A stretch of 64,000 nucleotides of DNA from an uncultured Clostridia bacterium (GCA_946555465.1 CAMNST010000003.1:64226-128225); one strand, 5' to 3'; counted from the stretch's first letter, positions 1 to 9,808 are shown. Notes: generated from the sequence alone by a model not told the origin. Translations and numbers: made by a program.

Positions 1-225
1 TGCAGAGATAAGAAAAAATGCTGTTCAGGGCAATCTTTGAGTGATGCACGAGTGTCCAAATCCGTTTGCGGATTTGGGAGAAACAGTTCAGTGAACTGTT
101 TCGTAACTGAGTGACAGCCAATGCATTCATTAATAAGAGCAGTAGGTCTAACATAAACGGTGCCGGAGCAAGAGTGCAGAGATAAGAAAAAATGCTGTTC
201 AGGGCAGTCTTTGAGTGATGCACGA
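1..225. repeat. Pair of 51-bp direct repeats (1-51 and 175-225, one mismatch) bracketing a 123-bp insert
   Basis: Read directly: tgcagagataagaaaaaatgctgttcagggca[a/g]tctttgagtgatgcacga occurs twice. The left copy may extend beyond the window start. Confidence 0.9.
56..101. repeat. Conserved tandem double-hairpin module, copy 1
   Basis: Hairpin ccaaatccg/tttg/cggatttgg (56-77) is followed by aaacagttc/agt/gaactgttt (81-101). It has the same architecture and shared core ATTTGGGA[G/A]AAACAGT as 17951-17995, with compensatory changes in the stems. Confidence 0.7.
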
Positions 226-316
226 AAAATAGATTTGAAAATAATCCAATGATGTTTTTCCGTTATCAGGCGTTATGGATTTTGATTTTTAATATAATAT
301 TAAAAAGGAGATAATT

Positions 317-973
317 ATGGCAAATAAAATTGAAACATTAGCAAAGATTCAGGAAGTCGGTATTGTTGCGGTTGTTCGCGCAACATCAATCGAACAGGCA
401 GAAAAAATTACGGATGCATGCATTGCAGGCGGTGTTGCTGCGATTGAACTTACATTTACCGTTCCTCATGCAGACAAACTGATTGAGGCCATGAAAGCAA
501 AGTATAATTCAGGCGAAATCATCATTGGTGCAGGCACGGTTATGGATGCGGCAACAGCAAGAATAGCAATTCTTGCAGGTGCAGAATATATTGTATCACC
601 ATATTTTGACCCTGAAACAGTAAGATGCTGCAATCGTTACGGTGTTCCTTCCATGCCGGGTATCTACACGCCTACCGAGGCAGTTCAGGCTATGGAATGC
701 GGCGCAGATGTGCTCAAAGTGTTCCCGGGTGATATTGCAGGCCCTTCTTTCATTAAGGATATTCACGGTCCTATCCCGAATGCGGTAATGATGCCGTCAG
801 GCGGTGTTGATGTTGATAATGTTAAAGACTGGATTAAGGCAGGTGCTGTTGCCTGCGGTGCAGGTTCTTCCCTTATTGCCGGTGCAAAAACAGGTGACTA
901 TGACAAGATTACCGAAACAGGCAAACTCTTTGTTGAAAGAATCAAGGAAGCAAGAGCCGAAATGGCAAAATAA
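317..973 (+). CDS. eda: 2-dehydro-3-deoxyphosphogluconate / 4-hydroxy-2-oxoglutarate aldolase (KDPG aldolase family)
   Basis: 218 aa. Family-typical N-terminus VGIVAVVRATSIEQAEKITDACIAGGVAAIELTF and the KVFPG motif. RBS aaggag lies 6 nt upstream. Confidence 0.85.
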   Translation: MANKIETLAKIQEVGIVAVVRATSIEQAEKITDACIAGGVAAIELTFTVPHADKLIEAMKAKYNSGEIIIGAGTVMDAATARIAILAGAEYIVSPYFDPETVRCCNRYGVPSMPGIYTPTEAVQAMECGADVLKVFPGDIAGPSFIKDIHGPIPNAVMMPSGGVDVDNVKDWIKAGAVACGAGSSLIAGAKTGDYDKITETGKLFVERIKEARAEMAK

Positions 974-990
974 TAAAAATTTAAAATTTG

Positions 991-1028
991 AAAAGCGAAT
1001 TACCTCTAAACAGGTAATTCGCTTTTTG
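991..1028. terminator. Bidirectional rho-independent terminator between eda and the convergent S1-domain gene
   Basis: Stem gcgaattacc (995-1004) pairs with ggtaattcgc (1013-1022). It is flanked by an A-run and a T-run. Confidence 0.75.
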
Positions 1029-1943
1029 TTATATTGTAAAATCTGTATAAATATGTTTTGCCGCGCCGTCAGGTGAGTACTGCCAATAATCAATATGATT
1101 TTTATTTATAAAATATGTAAGCGGGGCAGGTTTTTCCGCCTTGTCAAAAGATTCAACAACAACAAGTTTTATTTTCATTTTATCGGGAATTACCGATTTG
1201 ACATATACTGCTACCTGCTGACCCACAAAAAGATTTTCCTGCGGCTCGGCAAGGCCTGCAAGATTTGGTGCAAGTTCTACGAAAATACCATAATCCTCAA
1301 TACTTCTTACAACACCCGTAACTGTTTCACCGGATGAAAACATATCGGCATTTTCCTGCCAGGTGCCTAAGAGTTCTTTGAGCGAAAATGTCATTTTTTC
1401 AGGTTCTGTTTTTTTCAGCACAACTTTAATTTTCTGCCCCTCTGAAAGTCGTTCGTTTGGATGGCTGATTCGTGAAACCGAAAGCATATCAATGGGGATG
1501 AGTGCGTTGATTCCTGCTCCGATATCAATGAACGCACCAAATTTTTCAAGGTGGGTAACGGTTGCGTCAATTATATCTCCGTGCTTCAGTTTTTTCAGAT
1601 ATTCATTCATACATCTTATCTGAACTGCACGGCGTGACAATATGGCAATCGGATTGTTATAGCTATCATTCTGAAACCCCATAATACTGAAACAAACTTT
1701 CTTATTTACTTTTGAAATAAGTGCAATGTCGCGAACGCTTCCGTCTTCAATTCCTATAGCGCCCTCAACCCTCGGAATAATTCCTCGCACAGATCCTAAA
1801 TCAAGATGAAGGTTGTGCTCTCTGTCGCAGAGAATAACTTTTGATTCAAGCACAGCGGAGTTTGCCATTGCCTGCTTCAGTTCGTTTATTGTTTTTGTTT
1901 CTCCTGAAATTTCAGGATTGTTCCCCTCGGGATAAAATTTCAT
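1029..1943 (-). CDS. S1 RNA-binding domain protein
   Basis: Repeated S1/OB-fold segments (GDIIDATVTHLEKFGAFIDIG, GETVTGVVRSIEDYGIFVELA). The start is moved to the internal ATG (MKFYPEG), which has an agagag RBS. The ORF-track start at 2003 lacks an RBS. Confidence 0.75.
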   Translation of the reverse strand: MKFYPEGNNPEISGETKTINELKQAMANSAVLESKVILCDREHNLHLDLGSVRGIIPRVEGAIGIEDGSVRDIALISKVNKKVCFSIMGFQNDSYNNPIAILSRRAVQIRCMNEYLKKLKHGDIIDATVTHLEKFGAFIDIGAGINALIPIDMLSVSRISHPNERLSEGQKIKVVLKKTEPEKMTFSLKELLGTWQENADMFSSGETVTGVVRSIEDYGIFVELAPNLAGLAEPQENLFVGQQVAVYVKSVIPDKMKIKLVVVESFDKAEKPAPLTYFINKNHIDYWQYSPDGAAKHIYTDFTI

Positions 1944-2083
1944 AACATCACTCTCTTTTTTTCGTGTAATTAAATATATGATTGAAATTTGCATATAATT
2001 CACGGAAAGGATGTATTTTAATATATTGTAAAAAATTTACAGCGGTGTTATAATTAATAAAAATATAAACAGACGGTGTTATT

Positions 2084-2269
2084 ATGAAACTGGAACTCGG
2101 CGATATTATTATTATGAAAAAGCCACATCCATGCGGTTCAAAAGAATTTGAAATCACAAGGCTTGGCGTGGATTACAAACTGAAATGCTGCGGCTGCGGC
2201 AGAGAAGTTATGATACCGAGAATCAAAGCAGAGAAAAATATAAAAGGCAAAAAAGAGGATAAGTCATGA
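2084..2269 (+). CDS. DUF951 family small protein
   Basis: 61 aa. The [14 protein letters not shown]...[13 protein letters not shown] pattern is typical of DUF951. Its stop overlaps the prfA start. Confidence 0.7.
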   Translation: MKLELGDIIIMKKPHPCGSKEFEITRLGVDYKLKCCGCGREVMIPRIKAEKNIKGKKEDKS

Positions 2270-3342
2270 TTGAAAAATTAACAGAAGTTGAAAAAAGATA
2301 TGAAGAGGTAAATGAACTTGTCTGCAATCCCGATGTTGTCAATGATCAGGAACGCTATACAAAATTGATGAAAGAACTCAAACATCTTACGCCTGTTGTT
2401 GAAAAGTTCAGAGAATATAAAAAGGCAGAAGAAACTTTTGAAGAATCAAAAATGATGCTTGATGAGGGCGGAATGGATTCTGATTTTGCCCAGATGGTTA
2501 AAGAAGAATTTGAACAAAGCAAAGAGGATATGGAAAGAATATCGGAAGAACTGAAAGTTCTTCTTCTTCCGCGTGACCCTAATGATGATAAAAATGTTAT
2601 TATAGAAATCCGCGGCGGTGCAGGCGGAGAAGAAAGTGCTCTTTTTGCAGGGGTTCTTTTCCGTATGTACTCTATGTATGCAGAATCAAAAGGCTATAAA
2701 ACCGAGGTTCTTAATGCCAACGAAACAGGTCTCGGCGGATACAAAGAAATTAGTTTTTCCGTTGAGGGAGACGGTGCATATTCAAGATTTAAATTTGAAT
2801 CGGGTGTTCATCGCGTTCAGCGTGTTCCCGAAACGGAAAGCCAGGGCAGAATACACACCTCAACAACAACTGTTGCCGTTCTTCCCGAGGCAGAGGAAGT
2901 GGATTTTGAAATCAATCCGAAAGATTTACAGATAGATACTTTCCGTTCAAGCGGTGCAGGCGGTCAGCATATCAACAAAACCTCGTCGGCAATTCGTATT
3001 ACCCATATTCCGACAGGCACGGTTGTTGAATGTCAGGATGAACGCAGCCAGCACAAGAATAAAGAGAAGGCAATGAAGGTTCTTCGTTCGCGTCTTTATG
3101 ATGAAGAAAAAGCAAAACACGATGCCGAAATTGCAGGAGAAAGAAAGGCGCAGGTCGGCACAGGTGACAGAAGTGAAAGAATAAGAACATATAACTATCC
3201 GCAGGGCAGAGTTTCAGACCACAGAATCGGTCTTACCCTGTATAAACTTGAGCAGTTTTTAAACGGCGACCTTGACGAAATGATAGATGCACTTATTACT
3301 GCCGACACAGCAGAAAAACTGAAGGCTCAAGGAGAGGTGTAA
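2266..3342 (+). CDS. prfA: Peptide chain release factor 1
   Basis: 358 aa. GGQ motif ([11 protein letters not shown]) and an RF1-type PxT tripeptide context ([14 protein letters not shown]). Confidence 0.95.
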   Translation: MIEKLTEVEKRYEEVNELVCNPDVVNDQERYTKLMKELKHLTPVVEKFREYKKAEETFEESKMMLDEGGMDSDFAQMVKEEFEQSKEDMERISEELKVLLLPRDPNDDKNVIIEIRGGAGGEESALFAGVLFRMYSMYAESKGYKTEVLNANETGLGGYKEISFSVEGDGAYSRFKFESGVHRVQRVPETESQGRIHTSTTTVAVLPEAEEVDFEINPKDLQIDTFRSSGAGGQHINKTSSAIRITHIPTGTVVECQDERSQHKNKEKAMKVLRSRLYDEEKAKHDAEIAGERKAQVGTGDRSERIRTYNYPQGRVSDHRIGLTLYKLEQFLNGDLDEMIDALITADTAEKLKAQGEV

Positions 3343-3401
3343 TTTTTTCTGTTTTTGCAGGAGTAACAAAAAAATAAAATGTATGGATTTTTTGAAAATA
3401 T

Positions 3402-4133
3402 ATGAAGTTTGAAATTTGCTGCAAGATAACAGATGCAAAAGAATACAATCAGTTTTGCTGCTTTGAAAATTCGATTTATACATTAAGAATCAGCAAAAAC
3501 TTTAAATACTGGTATTATGATTTGTGTGATTTAATTGATTTTTATGCTGACACGAATATATCTTTAAAACTTGATGTTTGTGAAAAAGATATAAAACTTG
3601 CAAGAAAACTGTATGGCAGTCATAAATATAATGAACCGGTGCTCAGAGAGTATGAATCAAAGGTGATGACACATAGTACTACTTTTGATAATTCCCTAAA
3701 AATAATTAAGGAAAATGCCATTAAATCGTGGAATATTTTAAATGAAGAAAATAAAGACTGGGAGAAATGCCCTATAGGCAGTTTACTTGGTGATATTGAA
3801 GATTTTTCAAATTATGTTATGCTCTCTCTGTTTGCTCAGAATAATGAAATCATAACGGCATCAAGACAAAAAAACAAAATTGATATTGATGTAAATCAAA
3901 AATATACAGCAGGGGCAAGATTTTATCTTGATGCAGAGAAACTTGCAAAAGATAGATTACTTCTTAGAGATGGTGAGCATATCAAAGTTAAAAATAGTAT
4001 TTTTCTTGATAAATATCTTATCTGGTATGCAACAGCAGAGCGTGTGGGAACAGAAAAGATTACAACACCAAAAATGTTTTTTGAGAACTCAAATAAAGCG
4101 TTTTTAAATCTGTTTTCAGAGTATAAAAAATAA
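3402..4133 (+). CDS. Hypothetical protein (AT-rich orphan)
   Basis: A 243-aa ORF is unlikely by chance in very AT-rich DNA. I recognise no family and see no clear RBS. Confidence 0.5.
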   Translation: MKFEICCKITDAKEYNQFCCFENSIYTLRISKNFKYWYYDLCDLIDFYADTNISLKLDVCEKDIKLARKLYGSHKYNEPVLREYESKVMTHSTTFDNSLKIIKENAIKSWNILNEENKDWEKCPIGSLLGDIEDFSNYVMLSLFAQNNEIITASRQKNKIDIDVNQKYTAGARFYLDAEKLAKDRLLLRDGEHIKVKNSIFLDKYLIWYATAERVGTEKITTPKMFFENSNKAFLNLFSEYKK

Positions 4134-4155
4134 GTACGGTAAAGAGAGATTGAAG

Positions 4156-5724
4156 ATGAAAACGAAAATTTTATCTACAAGTGAATATGACCTTGTGCTT
4201 GCTGGTGAAATTATAAAAAGCGGCGGTCTTGTTGCCTTTCCTACCGAAACAGTTTACGGACTCGGGGCAAATGCGTTTGACGAAAATGCCGTTAAAAATA
4301 TTTATCTTGCAAAAGGCAGACCAAGTGATAATCCGCTGATAGTTCACGTTTCAAAAAAAGAAGATATTACGCCGCTGGTAAAAGAAATAACGCCAAAAGC
4401 AAAGGCTCTTATTGATGCATTTTTTCCTGCTCCGCTTACTGTTATTTTGCCGAAAAGTGAAATGATAAACAATACAGTCAGCGGCGGACTGGATACGGTT
4501 GCGGTTCGCATGCCCGAAAATGAAACAGCACGAAGAATTATTGAATTTTCAGGCTGCCCTGTGGCGGCACCGAGTGCAAATACTTCCGGACTTCCGTCAC
4601 CAACAAAAGCAAAATATGTTATGGATGATATGATGGGCAAAATTGATGCAATTATCGACGGCGGTGATTGTGCGTTTGGTGTGGAGTCAACTGTGATTAC
4701 GCTTGCAACCGATGTGCCTGTGATTCTGCGTCCGGGTGCCGTGACAAAAGAAATGATTGAAAATGTTATTGGTGAAGTTGAAGTGTCAAGTGCGGTTTTG
4801 CAGGGTATGAAAGAAAATGAAACGGCTGCTTCACCGGGTATGAAATACAAACATTATTCACCAAAGGCAAAAGTTATTCTTGTTGATGCAGATAAAAAAA
4901 CGTATGAAAATTTTGTAAATGAACAAAAAAATGCTTTTGCACTTTGTTTTGAAGAAGATGATATCCATATTCCAAAGCAGACTTTCGGCAAAGAAAGTGA
5001 TGATTTATCGCAGGCAAAAGAACTTTTTGATGCTCTTAGAAAACTTGATGAAATGGGTGCGGAGAAAGTTTATGCCAGAATACCAAAAACAACAGGTGTC
5101 GCAATGGCTGTTTATAACAGGCTGATACGTGCTGCCGCTTTTCATATTATTGACCTGACCAAGCCGTTTTTTATTGGTTTAACGGGTCAGACAGGTGCAG
5201 GAAAAGGCTATGTCGGCAAATATCTTGAAATGCTCGGTTTCCATGTGCTTGACAGCGATAAATATGTTAAAAAAATTTATGAAAACAATCCTGCTCTTTT
5301 ACAGAAACTTGCCGAAGAATTTGGGCAAGATATAATAAAAGACGGTATTCTTGACCGAAAGGCGCTTGCAAAAGCCGCTTTTTCAAGTAAAGAAAATACC
5401 GATAAACTCAACCATATTGTTCATCCTGAAGTGATTTCACTTTGTGAAAAAGATGCAGCAGGTCTGACGGTTCTTGATGCGCCACAACTTTTTGAGGCGC
5501 AGGCTCAGAATAAGTGCAGCAAAATCATATCTGTTACCGCACCTTTTGAAACAAGGTTGAAGCGGATTATGCAGCGTGACGATTTAACAAAGGAACAGGC
5601 GCTTGAACGCATGAATGCTCAGTTTGATGAAGATTATTATATAAACAATTCCGATTTTGTTATTAAAAATGATGGTTCGGATATTAAAATACAAATCAAT
5701 AAAATTATGGAGGATATATTATGA
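4156..5724 (+). CDS. Fusion protein: L-threonylcarbamoyladenylate synthase (TsaC/Sua5, YrdC+Sua5 domains) fused to dephospho-CoA kinase (CoaE)
   Basis: The N-terminal ~340 aa are YrdC/Sua5-like (FPTETVYGLGANA, SANTSG). The C-terminal ~190 aa start with the CoaE P-loop IGLTGQTGAGKG. It is one uninterrupted frame. ATG 4156 is preferred over TTG 4150. Confidence 0.85.
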   Translation: MKTKILSTSEYDLVLAGEIIKSGGLVAFPTETVYGLGANAFDENAVKNIYLAKGRPSDNPLIVHVSKKEDITPLVKEITPKAKALIDAFFPAPLTVILPKSEMINNTVSGGLDTVAVRMPENETARRIIEFSGCPVAAPSANTSGLPSPTKAKYVMDDMMGKIDAIIDGGDCAFGVESTVITLATDVPVILRPGAVTKEMIENVIGEVEVSSAVLQGMKENETAASPGMKYKHYSPKAKVILVDADKKTYENFVNEQKNAFALCFEEDDIHIPKQTFGKESDDLSQAKELFDALRKLDEMGAEKVYARIPKTTGVAMAVYNRLIRAAAFHIIDLTKPFFIGLTGQTGAGKGYVGKYLEMLGFHVLDSDKYVKKIYENNPALLQKLAEEFGQDIIKDGILDRKALAKAAFSSKENTDKLNHIVHPEVISLCEKDAAGLTVLDAPQLFEAQAQNKCSKIISVTAPFETRLKRIMQRDDLTKEQALERMNAQFDEDYYINNSDFVIKNDGSDIKIQINKIMEDIL

Positions 5725-7127
5725 GTGACAAATCTAAGGCGCAGGAACTTAAAGAACTTCTTTTCAATAAAAAGGAAAACGGCGTTGATTTTATGAGCGA
5801 AGAAGAACTTAAAGTGTGCGACGAATTCTGCGAAGGATATAAAAAATTTCTTTTTAAAAATAAAACCGAAAGAGAATTTGCCGCATCTGCACTTGAACTT
5901 GCAAAAAAGAACGGATTTGTTGAATTTGACAAATTCGGCAAAAAACTTGAAGCAGGCGAAAAGGTTTATTATTTTAACCGCGGCAAGTCAATTATCCTTT
6001 GTGTAAAGGGTAAAAGAAGCATAAAAGACGGCATAAGAATCAGTGCTGCACATATTGATTCACCAAGGCTTGACCTTAAACAATGCCCTGTTTATGAAGA
6101 CGGCGGTCTCGGCTTTTTCAAAACGCATTACTACGGCGGTATCAAAAAATATCAGTGGACAGCAATTCCGCTTTCACTCCACGGAAGAATCTGCAAAAAT
6201 GACGGAACTTTTGTTGATGTAAAAATAGGTGAAGCGGCAGACGAGCCTAAGTTCTGCATTACCGATATCCTTCCTCATCTTGGTGCTGAGCAGATGTCAC
6301 GCAAGGCAAATGAAATTGTTAAAGGTGAAGAACTGAATATTGTTATCGGCTCACGACCGTTTAAAGATGACAAGGAAAGCGAAAAAATCAAACTCAATAT
6401 TCTGAATCTTATTTATGAAAAATACGGCGTTGTTGAAAGAGATTTTCTTTCGGCAGAACTTGAACTTGTGCCCGCTTTCACAGTTGATGATATTGGATTT
6501 GACAGAAGCCTTATCGGTGGTTACGGTCATGACGACCGTGTTTGCTCTTACCCGGCAATGCAGGCAATATTCAACATTGACGAGGCTCCTGAATATACTG
6601 CTATTACAGTTCTTACCGATAAAGAGGAAACAGGTTCAGACGGAAATACGGGTCTTAACTCAAGTTATTTAAAATATTTTATTGAAGACTTGGCAAGACT
6701 TGAAGGCTTTGAGGGCAGAGATGTTCTCTCAAATTCAAAATGTCTTTCCGCTGATGTTAATGCCGCATTTGACCCTACATGGGCATCACCGTTTGAAAAA
6801 AATAACGCATCATTTATCAACAACGGTGTGGTTGTTACAAAATATACAGGCTCAAGAGGAAAGGGCGGAACAAGTGATGCTTCTGCCGAATATGTAAGTT
6901 TTGTAAGAAATATTCTTGAGTCAAACGGGGTTCTCTGGCAGAGCGGTGAACTGGGCAAGGTAGATGCAGGCGGCGGCGGAACGGTTGCAATGTATATTGC
7001 AAATCTTGATGTTGATGTTATAGATGTCGGCGTTCCGGTTCTTTCCATGCATTCTCCTTATGAAATTGTAAGTAAAATAGACACTTATATGGCTTATAAA
7101 GCCTTTTACACGTTCTTCACAAAATGA
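5721..7127 (+). CDS. M18 family aminopeptidase
   Basis: 468 aa. AAHIDSPRLDLK and GHDDRVCSY motifs and a C-terminal SMHSPYE. The ATGA overlap with the upstream gene suggests translational coupling. Confidence 0.85.
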   Translation: MSDKSKAQELKELLFNKKENGVDFMSEEELKVCDEFCEGYKKFLFKNKTEREFAASALELAKKNGFVEFDKFGKKLEAGEKVYYFNRGKSIILCVKGKRSIKDGIRISAAHIDSPRLDLKQCPVYEDGGLGFFKTHYYGGIKKYQWTAIPLSLHGRICKNDGTFVDVKIGEAADEPKFCITDILPHLGAEQMSRKANEIVKGEELNIVIGSRPFKDDKESEKIKLNILNLIYEKYGVVERDFLSAELELVPAFTVDDIGFDRSLIGGYGHDDRVCSYPAMQAIFNIDEAPEYTAITVLTDKEETGSDGNTGLNSSYLKYFIEDLARLEGFEGRDVLSNSKCLSADVNAAFDPTWASPFEKNNASFINNGVVVTKYTGSRGKGGTSDASAEYVSFVRNILESNGVLWQSGELGKVDAGGGGTVAMYIANLDVDVIDVGVPVLSMHSPYEIVSKIDTYMAYKAFYTFFTK

Positions 7128-7137
7128 GGATGATTAA

Positions 7138-7932
7138 GTGAAAAAAATTCTTGTTGTTGGAACCGGCGGAACGATTGCTTCAAAAAAAGACGGCAATATA
7201 AAACTTGACAGTCCTTTTAAAGTTCTTGCATATGCGCATTACAGTGATATTGAATTTGACTGTGTTTCGCCGTTTTGTGTGCTTTCCGAAAATATGAATT
7301 TCGATTTGTGGCAGCGGCTGATTGATTATCTTATGCAGGTGGATTTTAAAAAATATGCAGGGGTGATTATCCTTCATGGGTCTGACACGCTTGCATATAC
7401 CGGTGCACTTCTCGGCAATATTTTTTATGATGAAAAAATAATTCTTGTTGCGTCTGATAAACCTGTCGAAGATGAAAATTCAAATGCGTCTGCAAATTTC
7501 TGCAATGCGGTTGATTTTATTATTGACGGTGCAGAAGGTGTGTTTATTTCATTTAATAAACTTTACCGTGCCGTGAGAACCGTAAGTGCAAACGCAAGAG
7601 ATGAATTTTTTGCAGAGGGAAAACAAGGTGATTTGCTGAGCAATCCGTCACTTCACAGAAAAAATATTCTTGTTATAAAACCCTATGTGGGAATAAATTA
7701 TAACAACTATAATCTCGATGGTGTTGATTTGGTTCTGCACGAAATGTATCATTCGGCAACTGCTCCCGAAAGTGTTAAAGAATTTATTTCAGAGTGCCGA
7801 AAAAAAGGCGTTGAATTCAGTTTTGTAACAACAAAGTCGGGTGCAGATTACGAAAGTGCAAAGGATTTTGAAAATATAATTTTTGATTCCACGCTTGAAA
7901 ATGCCTATGCAAAGGCACTGCTGAGAAATTAG
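7138..7932 (+). CDS. L-asparaginase-like protein (short, type I-like)
   Basis: 264 aa. TGGTIAS threonine motif and HGSDTLAYT motif. GTG start with a gagga RBS. Confidence 0.7.
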   Translation: MKKILVVGTGGTIASKKDGNIKLDSPFKVLAYAHYSDIEFDCVSPFCVLSENMNFDLWQRLIDYLMQVDFKKYAGVIILHGSDTLAYTGALLGNIFYDEKIILVASDKPVEDENSNASANFCNAVDFIIDGAEGVFISFNKLYRAVRTVSANARDEFFAEGKQGDLLSNPSLHRKNILVIKPYVGINYNNYNLDGVDLVLHEMYHSATAPESVKEFISECRKKGVEFSFVTTKSGADYESAKDFENIIFDSTLENAYAKALLRN

Positions 7933-7956
7933 ATGAATATATTTTTGAGTATTTTA

Positions 7957-7985
7957 TTGACAAAATAAAATAATAATGTTAGAAT
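7957..7985 (+). promoter_or_regulatory. Sigma-A type promoter for the T-box leader and trpB
   Basis: TTGACA (7957-7962), a 17-nt spacer, then the extended -10 TGT-TAGAAT (7977-7985). Confidence 0.7.
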
Positions 7986-8004
7986 GATAAAAAATAAATC
8001 TTAA

Positions 8005-8270
8005 ACCGATGAGGCAGAGATAAAAACAGGATACGCATTCACAGAGAGTTTCGGATGCTGAAAACGAAACATTAAACGGCTTGTTAAATGGACTGCTGAG
8101 GGTACGGTGAACGGCATTTGCTCATTATCCCGTAACGTAAGACCCGCGTAAGCGGTCAGAGATATGATTGTATCTTGCAAAGCGTATGGTTCATCCATAA
8201 ATCAAGGTGGCACCGCGGAATGTATTTTCGTCCTTGACAGTATAGTGAATACTGTCAGGGGCTTTTTTAT
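8005..8270 (+). promoter_or_regulatory. T-box riboswitch leader with a tryptophan specifier (UGG)
   Basis: AGAGA-type bulge (around 8043). Candidate specifier UGG followed by A at 8089-8092. Conserved T-box sequence aatcaaGGTGGCACCGCGg (8199-8217). Terminator ccttgacagta/tactgtcagg plus a T-run (8232-8268). Confidence 0.85.
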
Positions 8271-8432
8271 TTTTTATCCCGGCAGGATTTACATGTAAAG
8301 GGCATTGATTATTGCTGTGGGAGGAAATAAAATGATACTGAAAAAACGATGGCGTGTTTAACTGAATATAAAATCACATCAAAATAACAGCAAATTATAA
8401 CATAATCAATTATTTATTCGGAGGAAAATAAA

Positions 8433-9653
8433 ATGAATTTTAACGATATTAACTTTGACACTTATTTTAAAAATTATCCTGATGCAGAAGGCTTTTTCGG
8501 CAAATACGGCGGTTCTTATATTCCGCCTGAACTGCAGGCTGCTATGAACGAAATAACAGATGCTTATTATTCAATCAGCAAATCCGGTAAATTTATCAGC
8601 GAACTTCGCCGTATACGCAAAGAGTTTCAGGGTAGACCAACACCGATTTCCTATCTTGAAAGACTTTCAGACAAAATGGGCGGTAATGTCCAACTTTATG
8701 TAAAGCGAGAAGACCTTAATCACACCGGTGCTCATAAACTTAACCACTGTATGGGCGAAGCACTTCTTGCAAAATATATGGGCAAGAAAAAGGTTATCGC
8801 AGAAACAGGTGCAGGCCAGCACGGTGTAGCACTTGCAACTGCTGCAGCATATTTCGGTTTGGAATGTGATATTTATATGGGCGCCGTAGATATAAAAAAA
8901 CAGGCCCCTAATGTTGCAAGAATGAAAATTCTCGGTGCTAAGGTAATTGAGGTTACCGACGGACTGCAGACACTTAAAGAGGCAGTTGATGCTGCATTTA
9001 CGGCATATTGCAACGAATATAAAGATGCTATTTACTGCATTGGTTCTGTAGTAGGCCCTCACCCGTTCCCTATGATGGTTCGTGATTTTCAGAGCGTTGT
9101 CGGAATTGAAGCAAGAGAGCAGTTTCTTGATATGACAGGTGAACTTCCTGATGCAGTTGTTGCCTGTGTCGGCGGCGGTTCAAATGCTATGGGCATTTTC
9201 TCAGGATTTCTTAATGACCCTGTTGATATTTACGGTATTGAACCTCTCGGCAGAGGTGAAAAACTCGGTGACCACGCAGCAAGTCTCAAATACGGCAGCG
9301 AGGGTATTATGCATGGATTCAACAGCATTATGCTTAAAGATGAAAACGGCGAGCCTGCTCCTGTATATTCAGTGGCAAGCGGCCTCGATTATCCTTCATC
9401 GGGTCCTGAACATGCTTTTCTTCACGATCTCGGCAGAGTGAAATATGATGTTGTTGATGATGAAGACACAATCAATGCATTCTTTGAACTTTCAAGACTT
9501 GAGGGTATTATTCCTGCCATTGAAAGTTCTCATGCTGTTGCATATGGTATGAAACTTGCTCAGAAAATGGATAAAGGTTCTGTTCTTATCAATCTTTCGG
9601 GCAGAGGCGACAAGGATATGGATTATATTATTGAAAAATACGGAATCAGATAA
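8433..9653 (+). CDS. trpB: Tryptophan synthase beta chain (stand-alone)
   Basis: 406 aa. PLP lysine motif HTGAHKLNH, plus GAGQHG and GGGSNAMG motifs. GGAGG RBS. Confidence 0.9.
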   Translation: MNFNDINFDTYFKNYPDAEGFFGKYGGSYIPPELQAAMNEITDAYYSISKSGKFISELRRIRKEFQGRPTPISYLERLSDKMGGNVQLYVKREDLNHTGAHKLNHCMGEALLAKYMGKKKVIAETGAGQHGVALATAAAYFGLECDIYMGAVDIKKQAPNVARMKILGAKVIEVTDGLQTLKEAVDAAFTAYCNEYKDAIYCIGSVVGPHPFPMMVRDFQSVVGIEAREQFLDMTGELPDAVVACVGGGSNAMGIFSGFLNDPVDIYGIEPLGRGEKLGDHAASLKYGSEGIMHGFNSIMLKDENGEPAPVYSVASGLDYPSSGPEHAFLHDLGRVKYDVVDDEDTINAFFELSRLEGIIPAIESSHAVAYGMKLAQKMDKGSVLINLSGRGDKDMDYIIEKYGIR

Positions 9654-9671
9654 GATTTTTGCATAATTTTA

Positions 9672-9707
9672 AGGCATTGCAATCACACGGTTGCAATGCC
9701 TTTTTTT
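9672..9707 (+). terminator. Rho-independent terminator after trpB
   Basis: Stem aggcattgcaa/ttgcaatgcct followed by ttttttt. Confidence 0.8.
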
Positions 9708-9808
9708 GTTTCTTGCAGAAAAGTTTATATTATTATAAAATAAATATAATAAAATATGTCAACTTTTGTCGCTCTTTGGGGACTAACATATGAGGAGGTG
9801 TTTATCTT

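Noticed and set aside
1-225. I considered whether the direct repeats here and at 17850-18096 are a CRISPR array.
   Set aside because: There are only two copies per locus. The repeats are 51-80 bp long and locus-specific, and at one locus they are derived from a gene's 3' end. There are no cas genes in the window.
7138-7932. I considered whether the short (264-aa) asparaginase-like gene is a truncated pseudogene.
   Set aside because: Both the N-terminal catalytic motifs and a compact C-terminal domain are present in one intact frame with an RBS. There is no remnant of additional coding sequence before the downstream promoter.
8001-8198. 65-aa minus-strand ORF upstream of trpB.
   Set aside because: It lies entirely inside the T-box leader RNA, has no RBS, and the region is explained by conserved T-box elements.
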